Source: an uncultured Candidatus Micrarchaeota archaeon
GTDB lineage: Archaea; Micrarchaeota; Micrarchaeia; Burarchaeales; Fermentimicrarchaeaceae
Assembly: GCA_963760615.1 (NCBI GenBank)
Contig: CAVXDX010000003.1
Coordinates: 32,001 to 96,000, forward strand
Reading direction: 5' to 3'
Length of the DNA stretch: 64,000 nt
In this document: positions 37,467-47,793 of the stretch, piece after piece
How the letters are laid out: every line of letters begins with the position of its first letter
Position numbering within the stretch: position 1 is the stretch's first letter
The notes under the pieces: generated by a model
What the model was told of the DNA's origin: nothing
What the model saw: the letters and a program-made list of their open reading frames with translations, nothing else
The model's database searches: none
Made by a program: the position numbers and the translations under genes

Positions 37467-38663
37467 CTATTTGTACCTCAAAAATGCCCCTATCCCCCTG
37501 AACCCCTGCAGGAACTGGCTCCCTTCTGCAGTGTCGGTCGATATCATCTCAACCTTGACATTCTTCGACTCGGCGAGCTCTATGAGCTCATCGGCCAGCT
37601 CCCTTTTCTCAACAACCCTCATCTTTCCCCCGCAGGAGCAGTTCTTTGGCTCACCCACTATGCCTGATTCTCTTCTTCCGCAGTTTGAGCACTCTGCAGT
37701 GGACCTCCTCACATCAAGCCCCTCCGAGAGCAGCAGCGTTTCCACCTTATTGCCCTCAAGAGCAGCCCTCACTTCCTTCTCTCCGTAGGTGGCCAGCCCA
37801 TCCTTCACTACTTCCTTCAGGAACCTGTCAACCAGCAGCTTCTCCTTAACTGCCTCCTGCTCTTCAATGAAGGGCTCGGCTTTATCCATCAGCTCCTTTA
37901 TGCCATACTCCTCGGTATAGCCGGTGTCAACCACCCCCAGCACTTTGAGCTGGTAGTTGAATGGGCTCATTTTCATGAAGTCCTCCTTTGCAGGGCCCGG
38001 ACCGCCAACTATTATTCCCTTTAGATTCTTAATGTTTACAAACACCTCATCCATTGCCTCCCCAATCCTCTTGTAGTACTTCTCTATGCTCTCCTCTATG
38101 AGTCGCTCATACCGACGAGCGCTCTGCCCTCCCTTTCCATGCAGTTTGGAATGCGCAGTCGAGTTCAGCTTCCTCACTATCCTAGTCTGCTTGCCCTTAA
38201 GGACTGCAATTGTGGCTTCCCGCCCGTCCATCACAACAAGTCCGTAGGTGTCCTTTGCTTCCAGCATTTCCTCAAGAGGCTCCAGGAAGAAGCTGGAATC
38301 GCACCTGTAGAGCTGCACGTGTATCTGTTCAGGTGGCGATATGGAATACAGCTGTATGTCAGGTCTGCCCTGCTCCTTTGAAACATTCCCGCAGAATATG
38401 GCAATCCCGTTCTCTGGCGGTTCTCTGAATATCTTGAGGTAGTTGATTATCTTCTCAAGTGCGTCAAGCACGTTCTTTCTTGTGCTTTTTGATTTTATGT
38501 TAGCCGCTTGTCCGTACTCTGCCTTGAGTTTGTTGCTTACATCAGCTATGGGGTATTTCGGGGGAATGTAAACAGAGATGAGCTCGGTTCCACTACCCGC
38601 AACGTTTCTCAGCTCCCTGAGCTTCTTCTTCATCTCATACATTGCTTTGCTCTTCTCCCCCAT
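37467..38663 (-). CDS. prf1: peptide chain release factor aRF1
   Basis: GTELISVYIP, AANIKSK, KGGQSARRYER and C-terminal GIGAFLRY motifs. Confidence 0.97.
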   Translation of the reverse strand: MGEKSKAMYEMKKKLRELRNVAGSGTELISVYIPPKYPIADVSNKLKAEYGQAANIKSKSTRKNVLDALEKIINYLKIFREPPENGIAIFCGNVSKEQGRPDIQLYSISPPEQIHVQLYRCDSSFFLEPLEEMLEAKDTYGLVVMDGREATIAVLKGKQTRIVRKLNSTAHSKLHGKGGQSARRYERLIEESIEKYYKRIGEAMDEVFVNIKNLKGIIVGGPGPAKEDFMKMSPFNYQLKVLGVVDTGYTEEYGIKELMDKAEPFIEEQEAVKEKLLVDRFLKEVVKDGLATYGEKEVRAALEGNKVETLLLSEGLDVRRSTAECSNCGRRESGIVGEPKNCSCGGKMRVVEKRELADELIELAESKNVKVEMISTDTAEGSQFLQGFRGIGAFLRYK

Positions 38664-38729
38664 GCGAATACCCTTATTAATCGGAATAGTCTCCCGTGCC
38701 TCTATAACAAATTTAATCCTAAGATACGT

Positions 38730-40259
38730 CTAAGCGAACTTCACCTCATCCTCAATTCTGACCCTTTTCCTAACTTCAGCAGGCCAGTTCTTCTCCTCAA
38801 GACCTTTCTGGGCGAGCAATGCGCATATCCACCTCTCGAAGCTGCCTCCGCCGCACCCGCTCCACAGCTCACCCTTGCTTGATTTCACGCTGAACGCTTT
38901 GGGGTACTTCTCTCCAATCACGCTGATATTCTGGATTTCAAGCCACTCGCTCTTGCCCCTTTCCCCCCTGTATGGAAGGTATGCTTCAAAATCCACAGTT
39001 CCGACACCCTCACCTGCCTTGTCCGCCAGCTTCTTATCACCTTCCTGTGCCATCCACCAGGGCACAACAGAATACTTCTTAGTTTCAAGCTCGAGCAGCT
39101 CATCAAGTATGAAGGTGAGCTTGTCTTCCACCTCTTTCTCTATGCTCCTTACCTGTTCAGGCGAGCCTATGAAGAGCGTCTCAGCCCTGTGGAACTCCTC
39201 AACTCTAGAAATTCCATGGGTGCCGCCAGCCTCATTCCTGTAGGTAGGCCCGCTCCAGTCATACAGCTTCAAAGGAAGGGACTCTTCCTTCACAACTTTG
39301 CCCTCGAGGAACTGCCAGAATGGCGGGCATTGGGCGTAGGAGAGAATTCCCACAGGCTCAACCTTCTTCATTATGCCCTCCTTATGAATTTCGCCTGTTA
39401 TCCGGAAGTAGTCCATTGTATCCTCCCACTCCTTTGGGCTGCTCACCTTCGGCACCATAACATAATATGCATCAGGGTATATGCTCTTTGCATGGCCTGA
39501 CTTCTTCGGCACATCCCACGGCTCAAACTTGGGGAATATCATCTCCCTGAAGCCCAAAGGCTCGTACAAGTTCTCCAGCAAAATTCCTCTCAGTGCATTC
39601 ACAAGCGAAGTGAAATTTCTGCCGTAGACGAACTGTCCCTTAGAGTGCGTTCTCCTTATCCAGCTGATGCTCTCAAGCTCTGAGCTGGGGTCTTTGTCAA
39701 AGAACATCTTTCTGGGCTTGCTCTCCCAGAGAAGCTTCTTTATCTCCGCCTTGCCCTCGTACTCCTGCCTCTCAGCCTTTTCCGCAACAAGCTCGATTAT
39801 CCTGTCAACCCCGCCAGCCTCCACAACATCTATTGGCAGCAAGGGGCTGAACCTGATGTCTGCCTTGTCACCTTTAACCTCTATGCTGTCGACATAAAAT
39901 GCAATTCTGATTGGCGCTTTCGGCTCCCTGCCAAGCTCAACTCCCTTCACTTCCAGCCTTTTAACATCAATTTTCCTCACCCCAGCCTTTATTTTTGCCC
40001 CCAGGAGATTGAGCTGATTCCTCAGCCTGAGAAGTGCGTCTGTTGCCCTGACATACCTGCCGCTCGCTATGGACACATTCAACACTTTTCCTTTAACGCT
40101 CCATCCCTTGAGCTGTGAAGCCTCGCTCTCCTTGCCCTTGGGAGCGCCTCTCTTGAAAAGCTCCTTATCCGCGTTAACCAAAACTTCTTCTATCTCTTTC
40201 TTTTTGCTTTCGATTTCATTGCTGAACTCAACAGCAGCTTCAAGCTCGAACAACATCAT
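38730..40259 (-). CDS. serS: seryl-tRNA synthetase, methanogen (rare) type
   Basis: N-terminal SGRYVRATDALLRLRN domain; YAQCPPFW, YRNEAGG--GI-RVEEFHR and GC-G-SFERW motifs. Confidence 0.88.
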   Translation of the reverse strand: MMLFELEAAVEFSNEIESKKKEIEEVLVNADKELFKRGAPKGKESEASQLKGWSVKGKVLNVSIASGRYVRATDALLRLRNQLNLLGAKIKAGVRKIDVKRLEVKGVELGREPKAPIRIAFYVDSIEVKGDKADIRFSPLLPIDVVEAGGVDRIIELVAEKAERQEYEGKAEIKKLLWESKPRKMFFDKDPSSELESISWIRRTHSKGQFVYGRNFTSLVNALRGILLENLYEPLGFREMIFPKFEPWDVPKKSGHAKSIYPDAYYVMVPKVSSPKEWEDTMDYFRITGEIHKEGIMKKVEPVGILSYAQCPPFWQFLEGKVVKEESLPLKLYDWSGPTYRNEAGGTHGISRVEEFHRAETLFIGSPEQVRSIEKEVEDKLTFILDELLELETKKYSVVPWWMAQEGDKKLADKAGEGVGTVDFEAYLPYRGERGKSEWLEIQNISVIGEKYPKAFSVKSSKGELWSGCGGGSFERWICALLAQKGLEEKNWPAEVRKRVRIEDEVKFA

Positions 40260-40291
40260 AACACCTCTTCGAATTCTTTTTTACACAAGGC

Positions 40292-40333
40292 GTGACATGC
40301 TCCCATCTCTGAAGAGCGTGGGGTTCCCCGCTC
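40292..40333 (-). mobile_element. IS200/IS605-family right-end-like hairpin, copy B
   Basis: minus strand AGCGGGGAACCCCACGCTCTTCAGAGATGGGAGCATGTCAC. Confidence 0.7.
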
Positions 40334-40340
40334 GCTTCTG

Positions 40341-40898
40341 CTAATGCCTCAGTATCTCGCTTCTAGCCTGCTCCACCTGCATCCTCGCAACATCCTGTTT
40401 TCTCCTGAAATTTGGGATAAGGGAGTTTGAAAACCTAATCGGCAGCAGCATTTCATAAAGCTCATCCATCCTTGAGAAGTAGTAATCCGCTTTCTTCCTT
40501 TCCCCTCTCTTGAGCTCTTCCAGCATTTCTCTCCTCAGCTCGCCCACGCAGTCAAGCAGGCCAAGCAGATAAGCCTTGAATGGAACCCCCAACTCCTCGT
40601 AGGTTGGGATGTCCTTCCTTGCAATTATTGAGAGCAGCACCTTTGCCTCGCAGTACTCCTGGTATGCCTGCAGTGCTATGTTGTCAAAGCCCTTCCTGTC
40701 TGCCATTTTTTCAACCAGCTTTTCAACAATACCAATCTGCCTCTCGCCTTCCTTCAGCTCCTTGGAGTGGATGCATTTTATGGCAACCGAGCATCCTCTC
40801 ACAATCTCCCTGGATATTCTGAGAAGGTCATCCTGCTCCCTTTCCTCATTTTCAAGAATCTTCACAATCTTCTCTATACTGCTTTCCAGTTTTTTCAT
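40341..40898 (-). CDS. translin/TRAX (C3PO) family protein
   Basis: SREIVRGCS-AIKCIH, QEYCEA, YLLGL-DCVGELRR and RRKQDVAR motifs. Confidence 0.85.
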   Translation of the reverse strand: MKKLESSIEKIVKILENEEREQDDLLRISREIVRGCSVAIKCIHSKELKEGERQIGIVEKLVEKMADRKGFDNIALQAYQEYCEAKVLLSIIARKDIPTYEELGVPFKAYLLGLLDCVGELRREMLEELKRGERKKADYYFSRMDELYEMLLPIRFSNSLIPNFRRKQDVARMQVEQARSEILRH

Positions 40899-40943
40899 GA
40901 GTAAGTTATATTTATAAAGCTTTTAATATTATACGGTGATCGC

Positions 40944-41624
40944 TTGAAGATAGTCCTCTCAGTCGGTGGCAGTCTGCTGAATCCAGGCAAACCTGATTTT
41001 GATTTCATAAAAAAGCTTGCCTCACTTCTCAAGAAACTTAAAACTAAATATCATTTCGCTGTTGTCTGTGGAGGTGGTGTCCCAGCAAGGGAGCAGGCAT
41101 CCCACATAAGGAAGCTTGGGGGCAGCGAGTTTCTTGCAGATGAGACGGCAATTCTATGCACAAGGATGAATGCGCTTCTGCTGATGGCTTCGTTGGGAGA
41201 CGATGCTCACCCCTCTGTAACTGAGAGTTTCAGGGAAGCGGCTGGTGCTATGAACTCAGGCAGGATAGTTCTCATGGGGGGCACAATACCCGGGATAACC
41301 ACGGATACTGATGCTGCCCTCCTTGCAGAATGCACTGGGGCGGTGAGGGTAGTCAATCTCAGCAACGTGGATGGAATCTACACTGCAGACCCAAGAAAGG
41401 ACAAGGGGGCCAGGAAGCTGAGCCACATGGGTTTCAGCCAGCTTGTCGAACTCGCGTCTAAGCATGATGAGAGAAAGGCAGGTACGCGGTTCATATTTGA
41501 CGTTATAGCATGCAAGCTTATTGCCCGTTCTGGGATAGAGACACATTTTGTCTATGGAAAGAACTTCCATGATGTGCAGAGCGCAATTGAGGGAAAAAGG
41601 CATTCTGGTACTGTTGTGAAATAA
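40944..41624 (+). CDS. pyrH: UMP kinase
   Basis: SVGGSL, CGGG-PAR, GG--PG-TTD and NVDGIYTADP motifs; TTG start. Confidence 0.93.
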   Translation: MKIVLSVGGSLLNPGKPDFDFIKKLASLLKKLKTKYHFAVVCGGGVPAREQASHIRKLGGSEFLADETAILCTRMNALLLMASLGDDAHPSVTESFREAAGAMNSGRIVLMGGTIPGITTDTDAALLAECTGAVRVVNLSNVDGIYTADPRKDKGARKLSHMGFSQLVELASKHDERKAGTRFIFDVIACKLIARSGIETHFVYGKNFHDVQSAIEGKRHSGTVVK

Positions 41625-41717
41625 ATGCTTTTAGAGGTGAAAAAGGGAAAGATTTAAAAAGGGGGGCTGAAAATAGATTATATCAACAGGTATGTTAACA
41701 TCAAGAGGTGATTTTGA

Positions 41718-42257
41718 ATGAGAATGAGAAAGGGTCAAACAGCCATGGAGTACCTTATGACCTACGGGTGGGCAATCTTGATCATAATGGTAGTTCTGGC
41801 AGTGCTTTTCTATCTGGGAGTTCTTAACCCACCAATACCGGAGCAGTGTGTATTCCCCGCGGGTATCACATGCATTAGCAGCAAGCTTAATACCACAGGT
41901 GGCCTAACTCTCATCATAGGACAGGGAACAGGACATCCAATTCAGGTGACAGGAGTTAACTGCACAATGAACAGCTCAGCTGCGTGGGCGACGGATAATT
42001 CTGCTAGCCTCGTCTACAACCCAAATACACTCAATACCCCGGTTAACATCACATCAGGAGGCCAGGCGACTGTTGCTCAGATAGCCGGTACAGGAGGCAT
42101 TGGCTCCGTGGCATGCAAGGATGCAAACGGTAACGTAATTGCAGGAGTTGCCGCAGGCTCTGCCTTCAACGGTAAGATATACATAAAATACACTGAAACA
42201 GATACCTCAATAACCAGAACCGTAGTGGGCACATTCGCAAAGAGGTATGAGATCTAG
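41718..42257 (+). CDS. type IV pilin-like protein with class III signal peptide, copy 1
   Basis: RKG/QTAMEYLMTYGWAILII cleavage motif followed by a hydrophobic helix. Confidence 0.88.
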   Translation: MRMRKGQTAMEYLMTYGWAILIIMVVLAVLFYLGVLNPPIPEQCVFPAGITCISSKLNTTGGLTLIIGQGTGHPIQVTGVNCTMNSSAAWATDNSASLVYNPNTLNTPVNITSGGQATVAQIAGTGGIGSVACKDANGNVIAGVAAGSAFNGKIYIKYTETDTSITRTVVGTFAKRYEI

Positions 42258-42981
42258 TCCTTTATTTTTTTAAATTTATTTTTTTATTTTTCTTACCTCT
42301 AGCATTGGTCTTATCTTATTTTATCTGCAACCGTCGTATTCACAAAACTTTAAAAATAAGAGTATGCTGAATACTAGTGCATATCTAAAAGTTTACTAAA
42401 AGGGGTGGTTCTGAATGAGAAAGGGTCAAACAGCCATGGAGTACCTTATGACCTACGGGTGGGCAATCTTGATCATAATGGTAGTTCTGGCAGTGCTTTT
42501 CTATCTGGGAGTTCTTAACCCACCAATACCGGAGCAGTGTGTATTCCCCGCGGGTATCACATGCATTAGCAGCAAGCTTAATACCACAGGTGGCCTAACT
42601 CTCATCATAGGACAGGGAACAGGACATCCAATTCAGGTGACAGGAGTTAACTGCACAATGAACAGCTCAGCTGCGTGGGCGACGGATAATTCTGCTAGCC
42701 TCGTCTACAACCCAAATACACTCAATACCCCGGTTAACATCACATCAGGAGGCCAGGCGACTGTTGCTCAGATAGCCGGTACAGGAGGCATTGGCTCCGT
42801 GGCATGCAAGAATGCAAACGGTGGCGCAGCTTCAGGAGCCGCAGGCTCTGCCTTCAACGGTAAGATATACATAAAATACACTGAAACAGATACCTCAATA
42901 ACCAGAACCGTAGTGGGCACATTCGCAAAGAGGTATGAGATCTAGTCCTTTATTTTTTTAAATTTATTTTTTTATTTTTCT
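41722..42981 (+). repeat. tandem direct repeat of about 570 bp (41722-42293 and 42413-42981)
   Basis: direct base-by-base comparison. Confidence 0.95.
42415..42945 (+). CDS. type IV pilin-like protein with class III signal peptide, copy 2
   Basis: nucleotide-identical to copy 1 except 42811 and 42823-42837. Confidence 0.88.
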   Translation: MRKGQTAMEYLMTYGWAILIIMVVLAVLFYLGVLNPPIPEQCVFPAGITCISSKLNTTGGLTLIIGQGTGHPIQVTGVNCTMNSSAAWATDNSASLVYNPNTLNTPVNITSGGQATVAQIAGTGGIGSVACKNANGGAASGAAGSAFNGKIYIKYTETDTSITRTVVGTFAKRYEI

Positions 42982-43860
42982 AACTTCTTCAGCATCTAGA
43001 ATAGGCTTTCTCAGCCTATCATAATCCTCAACTATCCTGGGGCAGGCGGTATTCACAAAACAATCAACTTCTAGGAAGTTGTTGAGGGATTCGTAATTCA
43101 CTTCGTTGCATACCAATATCTGCGCATTCCTGCCTTCTGCTTCAAGCATTTTCTTTATGGAAAGCGCTTTTTTGAAATTGAACTGCCCCGGCTTGGTGCT
43201 GCATACAATGCCAAACTTCCTAGCCCCAATGGCAGCCAGCAGCGCCCCCTTGCGCCTTCTGAGCTCCTTTCTTCTTTCCTCTCCCATCCACCCAATCTTT
43301 CCCGTGAACGGGTCCACGGCAAGAAACGGCTTTTCGGTTGCAAGCGCTCCTCCAAGCGGGTGGAACACCCCGCCCCCGAAATAGAGAAAGCAGTCAACAT
43401 CTCTCTCTATGTTCCTTATGCTTCCCAAGTCGCAACCAAGAATCTGGCCGTCATACTTTGCTCTCTTTCCATGCCTGCCAACAAAAACTCTCTTTCCATT
43501 GCTTTCAAGGAATCGTCTTATATCGTCAAGCTGCCCAATATGCTGCACAGTGGTCACCAGCCCGACCCTACTGAAATCCTTAAGCTCCTTTAACGCTCTG
43601 CCAACCAACTTCTTGAATTTCACAGGAGTTCGGTATTCAACGAACTCAACAGGCATGCTGCTTCCCACCACAAAGGCGGAGTGTCCGTACTGTATTATTC
43701 TGTCTGCTCCGCATCTTTTTGCTTCCTCCAGCGCAACATCGCATGCCCCATAGCAGGGAGAGCATGAGATGACCACTTCCTTGCCCTCCCTCTCCAGTTT
43801 TTCAGCTAGCTTGAACGTTTTGTCTTTCAATCCCTCTGGAAGCTGGAGGAGAACTCTCAC
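42964..43860 (-). CDS. dph2: 2-(3-amino-3-carboxypropyl)histidine synthase (diphthamide biosynthesis)
   Basis: LQLPEGLK, CYGACD, QILGC and NTACPRI (three Fe-S cysteines). Confidence 0.93.
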   Translation of the reverse strand: MRVLLQLPEGLKDKTFKLAEKLEREGKEVVISCSPCYGACDVALEEAKRCGADRIIQYGHSAFVVGSSMPVEFVEYRTPVKFKKLVGRALKELKDFSRVGLVTTVQHIGQLDDIRRFLESNGKRVFVGRHGKRAKYDGQILGCDLGSIRNIERDVDCFLYFGGGVFHPLGGALATEKPFLAVDPFTGKIGWMGEERRKELRRRKGALLAAIGARKFGIVCSTKPGQFNFKKALSIKKMLEAEGRNAQILVCNEVNYESLNNFLEVDCFVNTACPRIVEDYDRLRKPILDAEEVRKIKK

Positions 43861-43904
43861 GGCAAACCCTTCGTTTCAGGTTTATATGAAGAAAATTTAA
43901 AAAA

Positions 43905-46244
43905 TCAGAACGTGAACCCCTCGTCCTTCTCAGTGAGCGCTATGAGCTTCTTCAGCATCAGCTTCTTTTCAGCGCTTGCAACGTTCTTTCTGGTCACATC
44001 CACCATGTCCGGGTTCACTGAGATGCTGTTTATGCCAAATTCAACAAGCTTCTCCGCATACTCTGGGTATACGCTGGGAGCCTGCCCGCATATGGAAGTT
44101 GTAACTCCGTTCTTGTTGCAAACTTTTATCACATGCTTTAATGCCTTGAGCACTGCCTCGTTCCTCTCATCAAACTTGGAAGCAAGGGTTGAGTTGTCCC
44201 TGTCGCATGCAAGGGTGAACTGAGTCAGGTCGTTGCTACCTATCGATATACCATCTATCCCCACATCGCAGAATTCCTGTGCCAAGAATATCGTGCTTGG
44301 AACCTCAACCATTATCCACAGCTTGAAGTCATTATTCTGTTTCAAGCCAAATTGCTCGAGAAGCTTCTTTACATCTTTCAGCTCCTCAACAGTTCTGACA
44401 ACTGGTATCATGAGCCACAGATTCTTGAGTCCGTATACTTCCCTCACTTTTCTTATTGCATCCACTTCAAGCTTGAAGGCATCAGGCTCTGAAGTATACC
44501 TAGCGCAACCCCTATAACCCATCATTGGGTTCTCCTCTTTTGGCTCGTACTTCTCTCCCCCCTGAAGGTTCCTGTACTCATTTGTTTTGAAGTCTGTCGC
44601 CCTATAGACAACAGGCCTCGGGTAAAAAGCCGCGCATATCTGCCTCATTCCCTCCGCAAGCTTATCTGTGTACTCCTTTTCCTTGTGCTCCTCAATTGCC
44701 TTCCTCGGGTGAAGGCCTATGCCTGCAATCATGAACTCTGCTCGGAAGAGGCCCACCCCATCCACCGCGAGGGCGGCTGTCTTCTCAGCAAGCTCAGGCT
44801 CGCCAAGGTTCACGTATATCTTCGTGCCCGTGACAACTGGAGCAGAGACCATCATCCCTCCTGCCCCTGCCTCGGGTTTCTTTGCAACAGCTATATCCAC
44901 TTTTCCCTTGTAAACAACACCCATCTTAGCATCAACTGTAATCAAATCCCCGTTGTGGAGAACCTGCGTCGCATTCTTAGTTCCAACTATGCAGGGCACT
45001 CCAAGCTCCCTGCTGACTATTGCCGCATGGCATGTAGCGCCGCCAGAGTTTGTGACGATGGCAGCGGCTTTCTTCATGGCTGGGACATAGTCCGGCGAAG
45101 TCATATCAGTAACAAGTATCTCTCCCTTTTCCATCTTGTCAATGTCCTTTGCTGTCGGAATCAGCTTCACCTTCCCCACAGCAACACCAGGGCTTGCGCC
45201 CGAGCCTCTCAGAATTATCTCCGCGTTGGCAACAGCAGTTGCCGCCTCTACCACAGTCTCACCCCCCCCTTTCTTTAAAGTTGTAATTGGCCTGCTCTGG
45301 ACGATGTAAATCTGCCCCTTGGAAACTGCCCACTCGATATCCTGGGGCCACCCGTAATGATTCTCAATTTCCTTCCCATATTTTGCAAGCTCAACAACCT
45401 CCTTGTCGCTCAGCTTCTGCTTCTCCTGCATCTCCGGCTTGATATTCACGTGCTCATTCTTCCCATTTATTTTGGTTATCATCCAAGTCTGCTTTGCAAA
45501 ATTTTTCTCAAGGATTTCAAGCGTATCCTTCTTTACAGCATACCAGTCTGGTGTGATGGAGCCTGAAACTACAATCTCCCCCAGCCCGTACGCTGCCTCA
45601 ATGCCTATCCTGTTCGGGTCATTCGTTATTGGGTCGCTCGTGAACATGACTCCGGCTTTCTCAGACTGCACCATCTCCTGGACTACCGCAGCCAGCCCCA
45701 CCTTGAGATGGTCAAACCCCCTCTCTTGCCTGTAGTATATGGCTCTGCTCCCAAAAAGCGAGGCCCAGCACATCTGAACAGCCTTGACTACGTTCTCCGC
45801 ACCCTTTATGTTAAGGTATGTTTCCTGCTGCCCTGCAAAGCTCGCCTCCGGTAAATCTTCAGCTGTTGCTGAGCTCCTGACCGCCACGTATTTCTCCTCG
45901 GATTCGCTGGGCATCACATCGACGCCGCAGAGTTTGTTGTATGCCTTTATTATATCGCTCCTTATGGCATCGGGAACTCTCGCAGACAGAATAAGAGCCT
46001 TTATCTCATCGCTTGCAGCATTAAGTTTATCTGTTTGCTGCACGTCAAGGTTCTGCGTGATTCTTGCGATTGCCTTGTCAATTCCGTTTGCTTTGATGAA
46101 TGTAAAATACGCCTCGCTGGTCGTGCAGAACCCATTCGGCACAGGGAATCCCGCCCCCGCCATCTCGCCCAGGTTGGCCCCCTTTCCGCCCACTCTCCCT
46201 ACATCTTCCTTGCCTATCTGAGAAAACCAAAGCACATTCTCCAT
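43905..46244 (-). CDS. ppsA: phosphoenolpyruvate synthase (pyruvate, water dikinase)
   Basis: VGGKGANLGEM, VRSSATAEDL--ASFAGQQET, TCHAAIVSRELG and SIGSNDLTQ motifs. Confidence 0.96.
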   Translation of the reverse strand: MENVLWFSQIGKEDVGRVGGKGANLGEMAGAGFPVPNGFCTTSEAYFTFIKANGIDKAIARITQNLDVQQTDKLNAASDEIKALILSARVPDAIRSDIIKAYNKLCGVDVMPSESEEKYVAVRSSATAEDLPEASFAGQQETYLNIKGAENVVKAVQMCWASLFGSRAIYYRQERGFDHLKVGLAAVVQEMVQSEKAGVMFTSDPITNDPNRIGIEAAYGLGEIVVSGSITPDWYAVKKDTLEILEKNFAKQTWMITKINGKNEHVNIKPEMQEKQKLSDKEVVELAKYGKEIENHYGWPQDIEWAVSKGQIYIVQSRPITTLKKGGGETVVEAATAVANAEIILRGSGASPGVAVGKVKLIPTAKDIDKMEKGEILVTDMTSPDYVPAMKKAAAIVTNSGGATCHAAIVSRELGVPCIVGTKNATQVLHNGDLITVDAKMGVVYKGKVDIAVAKKPEAGAGGMMVSAPVVTGTKIYVNLGEPELAEKTAALAVDGVGLFRAEFMIAGIGLHPRKAIEEHKEKEYTDKLAEGMRQICAAFYPRPVVYRATDFKTNEYRNLQGGEKYEPKEENPMMGYRGCARYTSEPDAFKLEVDAIRKVREVYGLKNLWLMIPVVRTVEELKDVKKLLEQFGLKQNNDFKLWIMVEVPSTIFLAQEFCDVGIDGISIGSNDLTQFTLACDRDNSTLASKFDERNEAVLKALKHVIKVCNKNGVTTSICGQAPSVYPEYAEKLVEFGINSISVNPDMVDVTRKNVASAEKKLMLKKLIALTEKDEGFTF

Positions 46245-46268
46245 TCGTACACCTCCAAACAGAAGTAA

Positions 46269-46793
46269 TCAATTGAGCGCAAGTGTATTTATATGATACA
46301 GACCCGAGAGCTTTGATGTAGCCCTCCTCATGGCATCCTTCACAATTTCAAAATCTTTCCTCATGAACCTAATCGTAAATATTTTCTGTTTTGCCCTAAT
46401 CCTTGCAGCCCTGTCGCTCGGCCTGCCGAAGGATTTTCTCATTCCCTTCTGCAGCCTATCCGCCCCCGCCCCCACTATCATTTTATTTTCTCTTATGACA
46501 TTGTGGGGGAATATGAGAACCCTGAAGTAATAATTGCCGAGTATCTGCTTCTCAAGGTATTTATTCGCTGCCTGCCTCGCTGCTTCTATGGCGTTGTCCC
46601 TTATCTGAATTGCCCCGCCGGATATAAGCTCCATCTCCATCTCATAAGCCTTTCCGGCATCCCCCATATTGAAGAGCTGGACTGCATTGTGCGGCAATGC
46701 CTTTACGAATGACTTCCTAGGTCTCTTCTTTGAGAACCTTGTCCAGGAAACTTTCCCAACATCTCTGCACGTATGCGCAGGCCTCAAGCCCAT
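46269..46793 (-). CDS. rpl10e: 50S ribosomal protein uL16 (L10e)
   Basis: IEAARQAANKYL, RENKM--GAGADRLQKGMR-SFGRP. Confidence 0.95.
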   Translation of the reverse strand: MGLRPAHTCRDVGKVSWTRFSKKRPRKSFVKALPHNAVQLFNMGDAGKAYEMEMELISGGAIQIRDNAIEAARQAANKYLEKQILGNYYFRVLIFPHNVIRENKMIVGAGADRLQKGMRKSFGRPSDRAARIRAKQKIFTIRFMRKDFEIVKDAMRRATSKLSGLYHINTLALN

Positions 46794-46872
46794 TTTGACA
46801 CCTTAAAGTCGGAATAAAAATTTAGAAGTGATAGTTTAAAAGCATTTGCCCTTTTCACTTCTCAAAATTTAA

Positions 46873-47793
46873 TTACTTCAATTCTTTCATCATCTGGCAC
46901 CTCATGCATACTTCCTTGGAGCCCAGCTCTCCGCACTCCTTGCATTTCATCGGAGTTTCACCTGTATTAAACTTTTCTCCGAGAACATCTCTCACGCTCA
47001 TGAAGCTGTTGAAAACCCTGAATTTCGTGCCTGGAAACTTCTCCTCAAGCTCATTGAGGAAAACTCTAGTATCATTCCTGAATGCCTCCTGCGCATAGGG
47101 GCATCTCCCAAACTTGATACCCATCCCTTTTATTATCGAATAAACAGCAACCTCCCTCTCAGGAATCCTTATCAGAGGCTTTATCCTGTCAACAAATAAC
47201 TCACTCTCCACTATGCCGCCAACAGGCCCGAATCTTGCAAGCCTGAAAGGCTCATTTCTCAGGAAATTCATCAGAACAGTCTGCGCTGCATCATCCAAAT
47301 TATGCCCAACAGCAAGCTTGTTCAATCCCATCTCCCTTGCAGCTTTGTTGAGGACCCACCTCCTGAACACGCCGCAGTAGCTGCACGTCCCCATCCTCTC
47401 CTTTTTCTTGGCAATCTTGTCAACAGTGATGCCAACCTCCTTTCTGAATGTGAGTATCCTATGCTCCACTCCCAGCTTCTTGCAGTTCTCCTTTGCAACA
47501 CTGATAGTTTTTTCCCTGTAACCTGCTATCCCTTCATCTACTGAAATGGCAACCAGCGGTACTCTCATGCTATCACATATGTCCTTCAGCAGATAGAGCA
47601 AAGATACGCTATCTTTGCCACCTGATAATGCAACTCCGACTCTGTCCCCTTTCTCGATCATTTTGAATTCCCGCACTGTCCTACGCACCCTCTTCTCAAA
47701 GCTCTCAACAAAGTGCTTCCTGCATAAGTTCTCATTCCCATAGGGTACGTAAACCACTGCGCTTCCGTTGCATTTTGAGCAATTAACCACCAT
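46873..47793 (-). CDS. ttuA: tRNA 2-thiolation protein TtuA/NcsA
   Basis: N- and C-terminal zinc fingers, SGGKDS PP-loop, CSYCGVFRR and GHNLDD; ATG at 47793. Confidence 0.92.
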   Translation of the reverse strand: MVVNCSKCNGSAVVYVPYGNENLCRKHFVESFEKRVRRTVREFKMIEKGDRVGVALSGGKDSVSLLYLLKDICDSMRVPLVAISVDEGIAGYREKTISVAKENCKKLGVEHRILTFRKEVGITVDKIAKKKERMGTCSYCGVFRRWVLNKAAREMGLNKLAVGHNLDDAAQTVLMNFLRNEPFRLARFGPVGGIVESELFVDRIKPLIRIPEREVAVYSIIKGMGIKFGRCPYAQEAFRNDTRVFLNELEEKFPGTKFRVFNSFMSVRDVLGEKFNTGETPMKCKECGELGSKEVCMRCQMMKELK

